Below are positions 28,965 through 39,782 of a DNA stretch of 64,000 nt, in pieces. The stretch spans positions 2,530 through 66,529 of the forward strand of contig LCQS01000017.1 of the NCBI GenBank assembly GCA_001004265.1, in the 5' to 3' direction. The notes beneath the pieces are model-generated. The model was given only the letters and a program-made list of their open reading frames with translations, was not told where the DNA came from and did no database searches. The DNA comes from Parcubacteria group bacterium GW2011_GWA2_51_10. GTDB lineage: Bacteria > Patescibacteriota > Minisyncoccia > Phycocordibacterales > UBA2100. Made by a program: the position numbers and the translations under genes. Position 1 is the first letter of the stretch. Each line of letters begins with the position of its first letter.

Positions 28965-30821
28965 CTACCTCACAACAGTAGCTTCCAAGGGCGAGAATCC
29001 CCTATCGCCGATAATGTTCGTCGTAACATCCCGCACTGCTTTTGTAACGACCGCGCCCGTGGCCGAATCAATGCCAGTGAGGGTAATTCCCTGTAAGAGC
29101 ACGGGCTCTTCGCCTATTTGACTCGTCGACGGCGTAAAACCAACCGCGATTTCCGCCCATCGGATCGGGGAGCTAATGCCAACACCGGATGCTATGTCGC
29201 CTATTCTCCACGTCAGACTGCCGTCACTTACGTTAAAGGAAATATCTTCTCCCGCTTCCGGCTTGTACATTCCGAGCGAACGCACGTAGGGCGGCATCTG
29301 TGCCGTGAGCCGGGCGTTCTGTATCGCATTCGTCGTATTGGTCACTGTAAAAAGAATCGCATACGTAGTTTCCTGATTCGCTCTCGGCGGCAGTGGCCCC
29401 GTACTGACAAAAGGGTTCTCATAATAGAGACCCTGCGCCGCAACTTCCAACTCGCTCGCGAGTTTTAATGTTTTGCTCGCTGTTGCCCGAAGATTTCCCG
29501 GCACCCCCGTTTCCGAAAGACGTTTACCGGCGGCGTTGGTGCTGATAACGATGCTCGGATTCTGAATTCCGAAGGGCAGAGGCTGCGGAACCTGGAATGA
29601 AAAGCCAACGGTGCCGCTTCCTCCCGCGGGGAGGGAGGAGAGAGAACCGCCTGTTGTGGTTTTGTCCCACAGAATTGCGCTGTCGGAAGAGCGATAGTAA
29701 CCGTCGGTCGAACGGACGCTCGCCCCGTCAATTTCGATTCCAGAAAGACGCGCGACAATTACCGCGTCGGTTATTGCCGTCGACAGATTGTTTTTCCATT
29801 CAATGGAAACATTCACCGATTCTCCGGGAGCAACGATAGTCGCCGCCTCGCGGCCTTGGGGGTTTCCGCTAAAAGACTCTCCGGGGCTTCCGCTCCCTTC
29901 TTCTTTCTGCACTGTGATAGAGAGGCTGAGGAAAGCCTGCGAAATAACCATGCGGTGCGAATAATCCGCGACTACTGTTTCCAGAATGGCGCCCCCCTTG
30001 TCCTTGCGCGTCCCGACTGATGTGCGGAATATGCGCTCGTCGCCTTCTTCTCCGGTGAGCGTGCCGCGGAGCGTCACTGACACGCGCTCCCCCGGATTTA
30101 TATTCCCCAACGCCCAGAGCCCTGGCCGCTCGGGGCGAGGATCACCCGAGCTAAATGCGAAGCCAAATGGGTAGTCAATCTTGAGAAGCACGTCATTGAC
30201 AGGTGCAGGCGCGTTCGATGCAACCGTCACTGTAAGGAGCACCTGCTGCCCAGAGACAGTCTCAGTATTGCTCTCGACGGATATCGAAAGCGACGACGAG
30301 CTAAAAACTAATTCATAATCCAAAGACGTTCCTATCGCAACTCTCCGTTCCGGTTCGTCCGTTGTCCCTGGAGCGTGCGTGCCCAAAGGAAACGTAATGA
30401 CGAGATCGGCAAGATCGAGTGCCGCACGATTGTTGTTGGTTATTACGATCTGCAATTTTGTCGGCTCGCCGCCCGCTATGCGCGTCGGCGCAGAAATAGA
30501 AATGGCAGGAGGGGTCGGCTGGGAGCCGGCGCCGATTGTAAAATAGTAGGCGAGAAACGCGACGGCGCCGATAAGAAATGCGAAGCCCGTTATGAGGAGC
30601 CAGCGTCCAATAGTACTCATCACCTTTCCGCCTACGGCTACTGCCGCCGTCGCAGGATGCGGCGGCGGCATCTCTTTGCGCCACTCTTCAGAGACGGGGA
30701 GTGACTCTTCATCCATCTCGCGCCGAGGGCGATCCTTCAGACGCGACGAAAGCGAGCGCGAATACATCGCGCGACGCAGGCGATCTATCTTTTCTTCGTC
30801 CTGTGGCGAGTTCTCCATCAC
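28965..30821 (-). CDS. membrane-anchored multi-Ig-like domain protein (DUF11-like)
   Basis: single TM followed by repeated beta-sandwich segments; GPLPPRANQETTY motif. Confidence 0.75.
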   Translation of the reverse strand: MMENSPQDEEKIDRLRRAMYSRSLSSRLKDRPRREMDEESLPVSEEWRKEMPPPHPATAAVAVGGKVMSTIGRWLLITGFAFLIGAVAFLAYYFTIGAGSQPTPPAISISAPTRIAGGEPTKLQIVITNNNRAALDLADLVITFPLGTHAPGTTDEPERRVAIGTSLDYELVFSSSSLSISVESNTETVSGQQVLLTVTVASNAPAPVNDVLLKIDYPFGFAFSSGDPRPERPGLWALGNINPGERVSVTLRGTLTGEEGDERIFRTSVGTRKDKGGAILETVVADYSHRMVISQAFLSLSITVQKEEGSGSPGESFSGNPQGREAATIVAPGESVNVSIEWKNNLSTAITDAVIVARLSGIEIDGASVRSTDGYYRSSDSAILWDKTTTGGSLSSLPAGGSGTVGFSFQVPQPLPFGIQNPSIVISTNAAGKRLSETGVPGNLRATASKTLKLASELEVAAQGLYYENPFVSTGPLPPRANQETTYAILFTVTNTTNAIQNARLTAQMPPYVRSLGMYKPEAGEDISFNVSDGSLTWRIGDIASGVGISSPIRWAEIAVGFTPSTSQIGEEPVLLQGITLTGIDSATGAVVTKAVRDVTTNIIGDRGFSPLEATVVR

Positions 30822-30859
30822 TCAATGATACCAGAATTCTTAACTGAACCGTCGTCGTA

Positions 30860-31438
30860 TTATAAATGAGTCTCGGTGATCGCTCGATTAATCGACGCGA
30901 TAAGTGCCGGCTCCAATGCTTTTGCTTCACGCAAATGCGGCTCCGTATATGCCGTGTGCGCAAAGAGAGCGGTCCCTAAGGCTTCGGAAGAAATGTATCC
31001 GAGCGCAAAAAGAGTGCGGGCCACACACAAGAGCTCTATCGGCGCGGTAGCTGCGCGCGAAGTATTCTCCATGAGTGCAGCATGCGCGTGAGATAGAACT
31101 TCAAAAAGGTATTCGTTTGATTCCTCGCCCGCTACAAGGCGCGTAACAAGTTCTGCGATCCGCGCGAATGCGGCAATAGAGCGTGGATCCGCGCCCTCCG
31201 AACCAGAGAGGGCCCGTGCGCCGGCAAGCCGCCAACCGCCCGACCCACGCACAAGCGATACGGATGCGCGCGAATAATTTTGCACGGCGTAGCGCATTTT
31301 TGATTTTTCCGCCCGCACAGCTCGCGCTCGCGCGCGAATAAGCCCAAACTCTTTCGTGTAGAGCGCAATCGTACGATCGGCTTCTCCGCTCACACGATTT
31401 CCGAGGACAAGTGCTTCAGTGTGATATTTTTGGTACAT
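30860..31438 (-). CDS. recO: DNA repair protein RecO
   Basis: TEALVL..GEADR..LYTKEFGLI.ARARAVR..KSK N-terminal OB domain. Confidence 0.85.
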   Translation of the reverse strand: MYQKYHTEALVLGNRVSGEADRTIALYTKEFGLIRARARAVRAEKSKMRYAVQNYSRASVSLVRGSGGWRLAGARALSGSEGADPRSIAAFARIAELVTRLVAGEESNEYLFEVLSHAHAALMENTSRAATAPIELLCVARTLFALGYISSEALGTALFAHTAYTEPHLREAKALEPALIASINRAITETHL

Positions 31439-31451
31439 GAGAAAACAGCTT

Positions 31452-34400
31452 CTAGCTTCTAGCTTGTAGCTTGTAGGATACTTTTCCCTGATCGATCAAA
31501 AACTCATCCGGCAATGGTTCTTTGCTGAACCCGACGTTATGAACATTAACAGATGTGCAGATATCCGTTTTGTGTTTTTCAATTATAGTGCGCACATTTT
31601 CAGATACATGCAAAGATAGGTCAACTACATCTCGCGGATTGAGTCCCGCCTCTTTGCGCGCACTCTGAACTGCACGGATAAATTCGCGGACGAAGCCTTC
31701 CTCACGCAGTGCGTCCGTGAGGATCGTATCCAATTGTACTTCATCATCATTAAGATTGGGATCGAGCACGACTTCTTTTACATTCACTTCTTCAGCAATT
31801 ATTGAAAGAAGCGTATCGCGATCGCGGGAAGGCGGCAAGGCTTTGAGGGGTACCGTCAGCTTAGAAAGCGGTTGGCGCACGCGGATTTTCGCCGCGCTTC
31901 GCGCCTCGAGTGCATTCGAAACGATGCGCCGCGCTGCCGCCATTTTCGGGAGCGTCGATTCTTTGCCGAACAGCCTCGCAAAAAATGCGCGGCGGCGCGG
32001 CAAAGGCCAATCCTCCAGATGAACGCTTTCCTTCGCGCCTCCGATACCTCGATATATGCTCTCTGCAAGAAAGGGCATGAAAGGCGCTATTAGTCTCGAA
32101 ACACCGAGTAGAACTTCTTTCTGCGTTGCGAGTGCGTACTGTTTGTCAGAAGCGCATCCGTCACATCAGTGATTACTTGGTCGAGACGCTCGAAGACCCA
32201 CCGATCGAGGAGATGCTCACTTTTTCTTCCTTCTGTCGTTCCATCGTATTCGGATTTATAGAGCTCGAAGAATTTATATGTGTTCCACAGAATTCCGATG
32301 ACGCGGTTGTGCGCATCGCGTACATCCTCGTCGCGAAAATTTAGATCTTCCGCCTGCATGACGACGCTTCCTAAGAGGTGGAAGCGGAATGCGTCAGCGC
32401 CGTATTGGTCGAGAAGAACTAACGGATCCGTGTAATTCCCTTTCGATTTCGACATTTTAGAGCCGTCGGCTGCGAGAATCGTTCCCGTCGAAACCACGTT
32501 GCGAAATGTGAGCCGATTGAAAAGAAGCACCCCCATCGCGTGCATATAGTAGAACCATGTGCGCGTTTGAGCTATATATTCAGCGATAAAATCGCCAGGT
32601 GCTCTTTTTTCAAATTCTTTTTGATTTTCGAATGGGTAGTGATATTCGGCAAAAGGCATCGAAGCCGATTCGACCCAGCAGTCGACCACTTCCGAAATGC
32701 GCTCATACTCCCGCCCCTCGTCGTCGGCGAGAACAAGATTATCCGTATATGGGCGATGTAGATCGAGTTCGTAATCGCGATTGACAGGTATAGGCACAAA
32801 AGGAAGCTCCTTCATTTCTCCCACCTTCGGGTATTCGCGCATTCGCCGAGCGAGAGCCTCCGCTTTTGAGTCACCTTCCGATGCGGCAACGAGCATCCAC
32901 AGCGGCGTGCCATGAGACACAATTAAAATATTTTTATTCTTGTGAGTTCTCTCGAGCTCCCACAACATCTCGCCCATTCTTCGCTTAACGTCAGTGTAGG
33001 TCTCGCCCCCTTTCGGGCCTCGCGTGAAGTGCTCGAGCCGCTCGGGAAATGCCGCCCGATATTCTGAGCGGAGCCTTCCCTCAAAAACACCAAATGCATT
33101 CTCAACAAGACGATCGTCAAAAAATACATTCTCCTCCGGAACATTAAACCTCTCCGCCGCGAGAACTGCCGTTTCTTTCGTGCGCTGGAGCGGCGATGAG
33201 TAGATTATGCTGATTTCCGCATTGAAATCCGCGAGTGATTTTCTAATCCTGTCTCTGCCGTCCGCGGTGAGGTGTATATCTGCGTCGGGATTCGAACTCA
33301 CGATATCTCGCGCATTCGAATCGGACTCCCCATGCCGCATGATGAAGTATCGATTGCCACTTTTTTTGACTCTCGCTTTTAGTTCATTAAGAGAGCCGAT
33401 GACCATAACCCTCTTGCCTCCCTTCTCTTTCCAGATCGGTAATGGAGAGGCCCAGAAGCGATTGCGCGAAATCGTCCAATCGGGAGCAGTTTCAACGATG
33501 TTCTTGAATCGTCCATGCTTCAGATGCCCTGGGATCCAGTTCACTTTCTCATTCTCCCCGAGCATTCGTTCTTTAACCTTCTGGATCTTGATGAACCACG
33601 AGGAGACGGCATTGTAAATGAGCGGTGTGCCGCATCGGTAACAGTGCGGATATGAGTGTGTGTAATTTTTCTTTTCAAAAAGAAGGCCGCGCGCTTCGAG
33701 ATCGTGTTTAATGTCACGCTCCGCGTCCTTCACATACTTTCCTCGCAAGAACGCAGGCACCTGCTCGTTATAATTCCCACTCGCGTCCAAAAGCTGCACC
33801 ATCGGAAGTCCAATTTTCTGGCCGAGCGCGAAGTCATCTTCCCCGTACATGACGGCCGTATGCACGATCCCCGTGCCCTCTTCCGTCGAAACAAAATCCG
33901 CTGCATACACTCTGAATGACTTTGGGGATCGGAGCGCAGGAATTTCAAAAAGCGGCTCATATTCGACACCGATCAATTCATCACCTTTCATTTCCTCAAT
34001 GATCTCATCGCTCTCCTCGAGAATATTTTTTGCAGCAACGAAATACCCTCCAGCTCTTTTAAAAAGCGCGTACCCGATGTCTTTCCCGATCGCAAGTGCG
34101 AGGTTTCCCGGGAGCGTCCACGGCGTTGTCGTCCATGCAAGCAGATACGTGTCTTCTGCCCATTTATAATCTTCGGGGTTGCGCATCTTGAATTTCACGG
34201 TGACTGCCTCTTCCGTGATGTCCTTGTACGTTTGATCCATCGCTATCTCCGCTTTCGCGAGCGGCGTTTCGCAATGGGTGCAGTACATGAGAACCTTGCG
34301 ACCTTCATACAAAAAAGCTCGCTCATATAATTTCTTGAGCGCCCACCAGACGCTTTCGATGTAGCTGTTATCCATCGTCTTGTAGGAATTCTTGAAGTCA

Positions 34401-34825
34401 ACCCAGCGGCCGACGCGCTCAACATAGCGCTCCCACTCATGCTCGAATTCCAAAACAGAGGCGCGCGCCGCTTCGTTAAACACATCAACACCAATTTTCT
34501 CGATGTCTTTTTTTGTCTTTAGATTGAGGCGTTTTTCTATCAAACTTTCTATTGGAAGACCATGGCAATCCCACCCCCACCGGCGACGCACGAAATATCC
34601 CCGCATCGTTTTGTAGCGCGGGATAACGTCCTTTATGACCGATGAGAGGAGCGAGCCAGAATGAGGAAGGCCAGTTGCAAACGGAGGCCCGTCGTAAAAT
34701 ACGAACTCGCCTTTAGGAGCGTCCTTTTTTAGAGATTTCTCAAAAACGCCGCTTTCATTCCAGAATTTCAGTACTTCTTCCTCTCGGAGCGCCGCTCCCG
34801 ATTTCTTCGAGGATTCATCCATCAT
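31452..34825 (-). CDS. ileS: isoleucine--tRNA ligase (type 2) with inserted histidine-phosphatase domain; broken near 32150
   Basis: FYDGPPFATGLPHSGS, GWDCHGLP, WTTTPWTLP, GTGIVH, DWTISRNRFW, KMSKS; C-terminal part (IAPFMPFLAE..RVRQPL..EEVNVK) in another frame (31452..32078). Confidence 0.95.
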
Positions 34826-34861
34826 CCTATCGTATCAAAAAGAGCACGAGGCGGACACTGC

Positions 34862-36523
34862 TTACATTTTTTCGGGAGCTGGAATGCCAAGCAGCCACAA
34901 TCCATTTTTCAAGGTCGAGCGGACTGCCGCCGTGAGCGCAACTTTGTGCGGTGAGCTTGTCGAACCGTCAAGGATTTGCTCCGCTGCATACCAGTGATTG
35001 AAACTAGAGGCGAACTGCAGGAGGAAGTTCGTCAAAAAATGCGGCTCGCGCGCGTCAGATGCCGCGGCGACAGCGTCGGGAAAGCGAATAAGCAGGCGTG
35101 CGACTTCATTCAGCGCTGCTTTTTCATCAATTTTCGGAGCGACTCCGGCTTCGACCGCTTTCTCTAGGATCGCACTCGCGCGCGCATGCGCGTACTGCAG
35201 GTATGGACCCGAATCGCCTTCAAGCGAGAGAGCACGCTCCTTCTCAAAAATAATATTCCGGCCTGATGCTTGTTTCAGTACCTGGTATTTGATCGCGGCA
35301 ACCGCGATATCGCGCGCGAGCTCGTCAGGATTCGCTGCCCGCGATTCCTTTGCGCGTTCCCGTGCGCGCTCCACCAACTCTTCGAGGAGCGACTCGCCTG
35401 TGATGATTTTCCCCGTGCGTGAAGACATCTTGCCTTCCGGCAGACGCATCATGCCATGTGTAAGATGCTCGATCTTGCGTGCAATATCCGGCATCAATTC
35501 TTTCATAGCCGCGAGAACAACTGCGAAATACTCCTTTTGTTCGTTCCCGGTTACCGTTATCGAAATATCGAACGGCCATGCTTCTGCCTTCATCACTGCA
35601 AGTCCGATATCTTTCGCCTCATACGTCGGGAGCCCACTGCCGGTAATGAATACGCGCGTATGTAGGCCCACCTTTTCCCCGCGAAATATCGTCGCACCGT
35701 CACTTTTTTCAAAGATTTCCGGATTCTCTCTTACGATCTCTGTCCCACGCGGCCCCGTCTCACTCTCAAAAAAATAGAAATCGAATTTTGTTCCGAGCAT
35801 TTCATACAGACGTTCGAAATGCTCCAGCGAAACCCTTCGGCCTTCTTCATAGATTTTTTGGATTGCCGCATCGGATTTCTCGTATATTTTCTTATTGAGC
35901 TCGTCTATCTCCCCTTTTGCCTGCGGATCTTCCTCATACGCAGCATTGCCTTTTGCATATGCGAGAGAGAGCGCGGGAAGATCAATTTTCTGAACATTGT
36001 CCTTTACGAGCTGCCAGATCGCTTTTGCTACATGCGGTCCTACATCACCCTGATAGTTCGCGCGCTTCAAAACCGCTCCGCTCCCTTCCAAAAGGCGCGA
36101 TACTGATTCGCCGATAGCGTTGCTCATGAGATGTCCGATGTGGAATTCCTTGAAAGGATTCGGGTCCGTGTATTCAACGAGGATGCGTCTTCCCGCAAGT
36201 AGGGAGCTCCTTCCCCATTGTTCCGCATTGGCATTTGCCTCCTTGATTGTCGCGGCAAAAAATTGAGGCGAGAGATAAAAATTGATAAATCCGGGTCCTG
36301 CTATCTCTATTCTTTCAACACCCGAAATTTCGCCGAGAGCTCCGACGATTTTCTCCGCGAGTTCACGAGGCGGCGCTCCGGCATCTTTTGCATGGGTGAG
36401 CGCGGCGTTCGTCGCATAATCGCCGCGCGCTAGATCGGCCGGATATTCTATGACAGCTTGCCCCGGCTCGAGACCAATTTTATTCAACGCATCGGCAAGG
36501 CTCCGCTCTAGAATTTCTCGCAT
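34862..36523 (-). CDS. argS: arginine--tRNA ligase
   Basis: GDYATN, AGPGFINF, EYTDPNPFKEFHIGH, KMSSRTG, GDSGPYLQYAHAR. Confidence 0.97.
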   Translation of the reverse strand: MREILERSLADALNKIGLEPGQAVIEYPADLARGDYATNAALTHAKDAGAPPRELAEKIVGALGEISGVERIEIAGPGFINFYLSPQFFAATIKEANANAEQWGRSSLLAGRRILVEYTDPNPFKEFHIGHLMSNAIGESVSRLLEGSGAVLKRANYQGDVGPHVAKAIWQLVKDNVQKIDLPALSLAYAKGNAAYEEDPQAKGEIDELNKKIYEKSDAAIQKIYEEGRRVSLEHFERLYEMLGTKFDFYFFESETGPRGTEIVRENPEIFEKSDGATIFRGEKVGLHTRVFITGSGLPTYEAKDIGLAVMKAEAWPFDISITVTGNEQKEYFAVVLAAMKELMPDIARKIEHLTHGMMRLPEGKMSSRTGKIITGESLLEELVERARERAKESRAANPDELARDIAVAAIKYQVLKQASGRNIIFEKERALSLEGDSGPYLQYAHARASAILEKAVEAGVAPKIDEKAALNEVARLLIRFPDAVAAASDAREPHFLTNFLLQFASSFNHWYAAEQILDGSTSSPHKVALTAAVRSTLKNGLWLLGIPAPEKM

Positions 36524-36535
36524 AAAACCATTGTA

Positions 36536-37162
36536 TTACGTCTTGCGAACCGCGTCCCACACGCGCGCGAAAACCGCTTCTGGTGCATCGTTTCGTGCAA
36601 CACGAATTATCTTCCAACCCTTTTGCCGTGCCATCGCGCGATACACACCAGCAACTTTTTTCTGATAGCTGGCATCTCTTTCGTGCCTATCTTTCTTTTT
36701 CCGGACAATATGCTTCTGCGCCTCCTCCACCGATATATCGAGATACAAAATCAAGCTCGGCTTTGGAATTGATAAATCTTTGAACTCCAACGATTCAACA
36801 AATCTAAAAAGTTTCTCGCGAGATCTGCCTGCCAGTTTCGCGCCCTGATATGCCACACTGCTCGTGTAACGATTCGAAATAACAATGCCTCTCTTCCGCG
36901 CAGCGCGAATTTTATCGGCAGCTAACGCGCGATCGAGCGAATAAAGAATAGATACGAGGTATGGAGACATCGCGAGGGGATCACCATATCGACCGCGCAG
37001 CATCGCCCCTATGATTTTTCCTACTTCTGATGAATAATCCGGAAAATCAAAAACCGTCACAGTGTGCCCTTCTTTCCGAAGCCGCTTTGCGAGCAGTTTG
37101 ACCTGTGTCGCCTTCCCAGCCCCATCGATGCCTTCAAAGACTATAAGATTGCCTTGCCACAT
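36536..37162 (-). CDS. tmk: thymidylate kinase
   Basis: IVFEGIDGAGKATQ, FPDY, SNRY..SSVAYQG. Confidence 0.93.
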   Translation of the reverse strand: MWQGNLIVFEGIDGAGKATQVKLLAKRLRKEGHTVTVFDFPDYSSEVGKIIGAMLRGRYGDPLAMSPYLVSILYSLDRALAADKIRAARKRGIVISNRYTSSVAYQGAKLAGRSREKLFRFVESLEFKDLSIPKPSLILYLDISVEEAQKHIVRKKKDRHERDASYQKKVAGVYRAMARQKGWKIIRVARNDAPEAVFARVWDAVRKT

Positions 37163-37250
37163 AGCGAGATTATCGGCTAATAGCGCTGCGTCGTCGATGG
37201 CGATAAACAAAAGGCTGCTTCCCAGCAGCCTTCTTCCGCAATGCTTCTTG

Positions 37251-38175
37251 TCATGCTGGCGCAAGCGGACACAGTGCCTTCGCATCGGCGATCATCGTTT
37301 TGGCGGTCGGGACAGGGCCCGCGCCCACGCCGAGCACCAAGATCGGATCACCCTCCTGATCGATGCGCACGGCATTGCCCGGGCCATGGTCAGGAACCCA
37401 GCGATCCATCGCCGTACCCGCCGGAATGTGGCAAAAACCGCCGCTGATACTCGTCGCTGAGCGGCTGCATCTCAATATCCTCTGGCCGAACCGTCTGACC
37501 GGACATCGCATGCAAAGAGGGCACATCATTAAGAATGATCGCCAACTTCTTGCGGATGTCGGAGAGCTCGCCCTGGAAAACATCGAGTGGACTCATCTCT
37601 TCACCGTCTGCTGGAGGTTCAGCGTACTTAAGGTGAATTGCCTCCCAGATTGCGGCTTCGACCGAGGATCCTTTCCAGATATCGCTCATCACCTTGCTCA
37701 GTGTCCCGTTCACCACAAGGTCGACGACGAACGGCACCGTTGGGTCGAGCCGCTCTTTCAGCTCCGGCAGGATGCGCGTACCGCCACCGACGGTCGCCGT
37801 ACGTCCGATCGTATCAAGATGCGGCCGCAGTACGTCGTAAAAGCTCGCGAACGCGGATTTGCCAGACGTCACGACTGCAATGCCCACGCCCGTTAGAGAC
37901 AAGATGTAGCGCGTCTCTGTGGACCCGTCACCACTACTTGGAATCGTAAGAAGCGCGAGCTTCACGCCATGTTTGAGACAGAACGGCCCGACAGTCATCA
38001 TGATTTCGGCTGCATCTCCGCGACGATCAAAAGTAACGGCCGCGCCAGCAAGTGGAATAAAAGCCCTGCTGGAAACTTGTGCCACTACATCGTAGCCCAC
38101 GCCGCGTGATTGCCGCGCTACTTCGAGTCCGACGTTTCCGGCACCGATAACGATTACTTTCAGTTTCTGCGTCAT
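37251..38175 (-). pseudogene. hom: homoserine dehydrogenase, frameshifted near 37450
   Basis: GAGNVG Rossmann motif, VVTSGK, ATVGGG, VNGT, YAEP, D..KKLAII; C-terminal G.GAGPVPTA in a second frame. Confidence 0.8.
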
Positions 38176-38274
38176 GATCACCCCTTCGTGTTGGAAGTGC
38201 CATTGAACAAAAATACTTACATAAGCCCGCGACACTATCCGATATTTCCTCAATCTGGTCAAGGTAGCCCGTAT

Positions 38275-38925
38275 TTAGGAAGTAATATGCTTAATAATCG
38301 AAAATGCGCGATCGATGTCCGAGTCTTTCAGAATAACGCTAAATTCAGTGCGCACCGAAAAGATCTCGACGACGCTGATGCCGTCTTGCGCTAGACCCTT
38401 CAAAATTGGATGGTATATCCCCGGAACGTTCAAGCTCTCCTCCGGCAGGCGCATCGTGATTGCCGAAAGCTTCTCCACTTTGGCTATTTTTGTTTTGCTC
38501 GCTAGAGGGCCGCGCGCAAGGAGAGCGATGTCTGCGCTCACGATCAACATTGATTCATCGAGGCCGCGGGAAAAATTGAAAAAAACGTCGCGATGCGACT
38601 TCGCGGCTTGCGAGAGCTTTTCAAGCGCTGCCGATACATCCGCAGAATTCGGAAAGGCAAATTTCACGAGGTTGGAACGAACAGTGATTCCCGTTATGTA
38701 TTTAAGCAGTTTCGATCCATATTGCGTCTGTCGCACTTTCTTCGAGAGACGGTGCAACGCCATTGATACGGCAGCGTTGGTAACTGGTTCGTACAATCTC
38801 TTTTCGACATCTGGTTTTATCGTGCGGGCTATTTCTGCATTATTCGCAAGGCCCTCCGCAATGATTTCAGAATAGAATGGCGAGTGCTGAATGATTTCTT
38901 CAACGACTTGGCTAACTGTTCTCAT
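38275..38925 (-). CDS. ACT-domain protein resembling the aspartate kinase regulatory region
   Basis: C-terminal LSAITMRLP..VPGIY..LAQDGISVVEIFS..TEFSVI; no kinase domain. Confidence 0.8.
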   Translation of the reverse strand: MRTVSQVVEEIIQHSPFYSEIIAEGLANNAEIARTIKPDVEKRLYEPVTNAAVSMALHRLSKKVRQTQYGSKLLKYITGITVRSNLVKFAFPNSADVSAALEKLSQAAKSHRDVFFNFSRGLDESMLIVSADIALLARGPLASKTKIAKVEKLSAITMRLPEESLNVPGIYHPILKGLAQDGISVVEIFSVRTEFSVILKDSDIDRAFSIIKHITS

Positions 38926-39056
38926 TAGTTATAAAAATAACATTTTGTAATAAATCTGCAAGATTATCACAAAAACTGGCTTCGGCGGGCGCCCGATGGT
39001 ATGTTCGCAGCAGCAACAGATCCGCGCTTAAGCCCTAACGCGAAGGAGAGATAACC

Positions 39057-39272
39057 GTGGTTATACGTAAAGGAATATCGTGGGACCCAACTCCTAATCC
39101 GCCCGAGAGCGGTGAGAGTCGTTCTCGGCAGCCAGCACAAAATCCCGCGATGCAGGATGCAGTTAGGCGTGCATTCAGGAAGCCGGAATTTAAGTTCCAT
39201 TACAAGCCGTTCACCGAGGAAGAGATCGCACGCCTCGAATCGATCGGCAGGGAACTTTACCCCAACCGCTAG
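39057..39272 (+). CDS. hypothetical protein
   Basis: 71 aa; SD AAGGAG before GTG; terminator follows. Confidence 0.55.
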   Translation: MVIRKGISWDPTPNPPESGESRSRQPAQNPAMQDAVRRAFRKPEFKFHYKPFTEEEIARLESIGRELYPNR

Positions 39273-39289
39273 GCACAATCGTGCACTAG

Positions 39290-39318
39290 AAAACCCCTGC
39301 TCGCGCGGGGGTTTTTTT
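39290..39318. terminator. bidirectional terminator after rplK
   Basis: aaaacccctgc-tc-gcgcgggggttttttt. Confidence 0.6.
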
Positions 39319-39736
39319 ATTCAGTCGAGATTCCCATCGATCGTGCGGTGCCGGCGATAATCCTCTTTGCCTGATCAATGTTGTTTGCGTTAAGGTCCTC
39401 CATTTTTTCTTTCGCAATATCTTCAAGCTGTTGCTTCGAGAGCTTCCCTACCTTCGTCTGCGGCTTGCCCGAGCCTTTTTCAAGGCCGGTTGCTTTCAGA
39501 ATAAGACGAGATGCAGGCGGCTTTTTGACGATAAAGTCGAAACTTCGATCACTGTAGACCTTCATGACAACAGGCAGAATGCTGCCAGCCATCGCTTTCG
39601 TTTTCGTATTGAATTGATTGACGAACTCGCCGATATTAACGCCTGCCGGACCAAGCGCCGTACCCACGGGCGGCGCGGGTGTCGCTGCCCCCGCAGGAAT
39701 CTGCAATTTGATGAGTTTTACTACTTGCTTGGCCAT
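39317..39736 (-). CDS. rplK: 50S ribosomal protein L11
   Basis: [31 protein letters not shown]. Confidence 0.98.
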   Translation of the reverse strand: MAKQVVKLIKLQIPAGAATPAPPVGTALGPAGVNIGEFVNQFNTKTKAMAGSILPVVMKVYSDRSFDFIVKKPPASRLILKATGLEKGSGKPQTKVGKLSKQQLEDIAKEKMEDLNANNIDQAKRIIAGTARSMGISTE

Positions 39737-39782
39737 AAAGGAGAATGGAGTATAGCGTATGACGTATAGCTGGTAAATATGA

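Noticed and set aside
32078-32165. Programmed frameshift or intron in ileS
   Set aside because: Conserved residues are missing rather than interrupted, and no slippery site is evident; an assembly deletion is more likely.
34998-35777. Long + strand ORF, and similar ones such as 59601-60629 and 44197-45021
   Set aside because: These are antisense shadows of well-supported genes.
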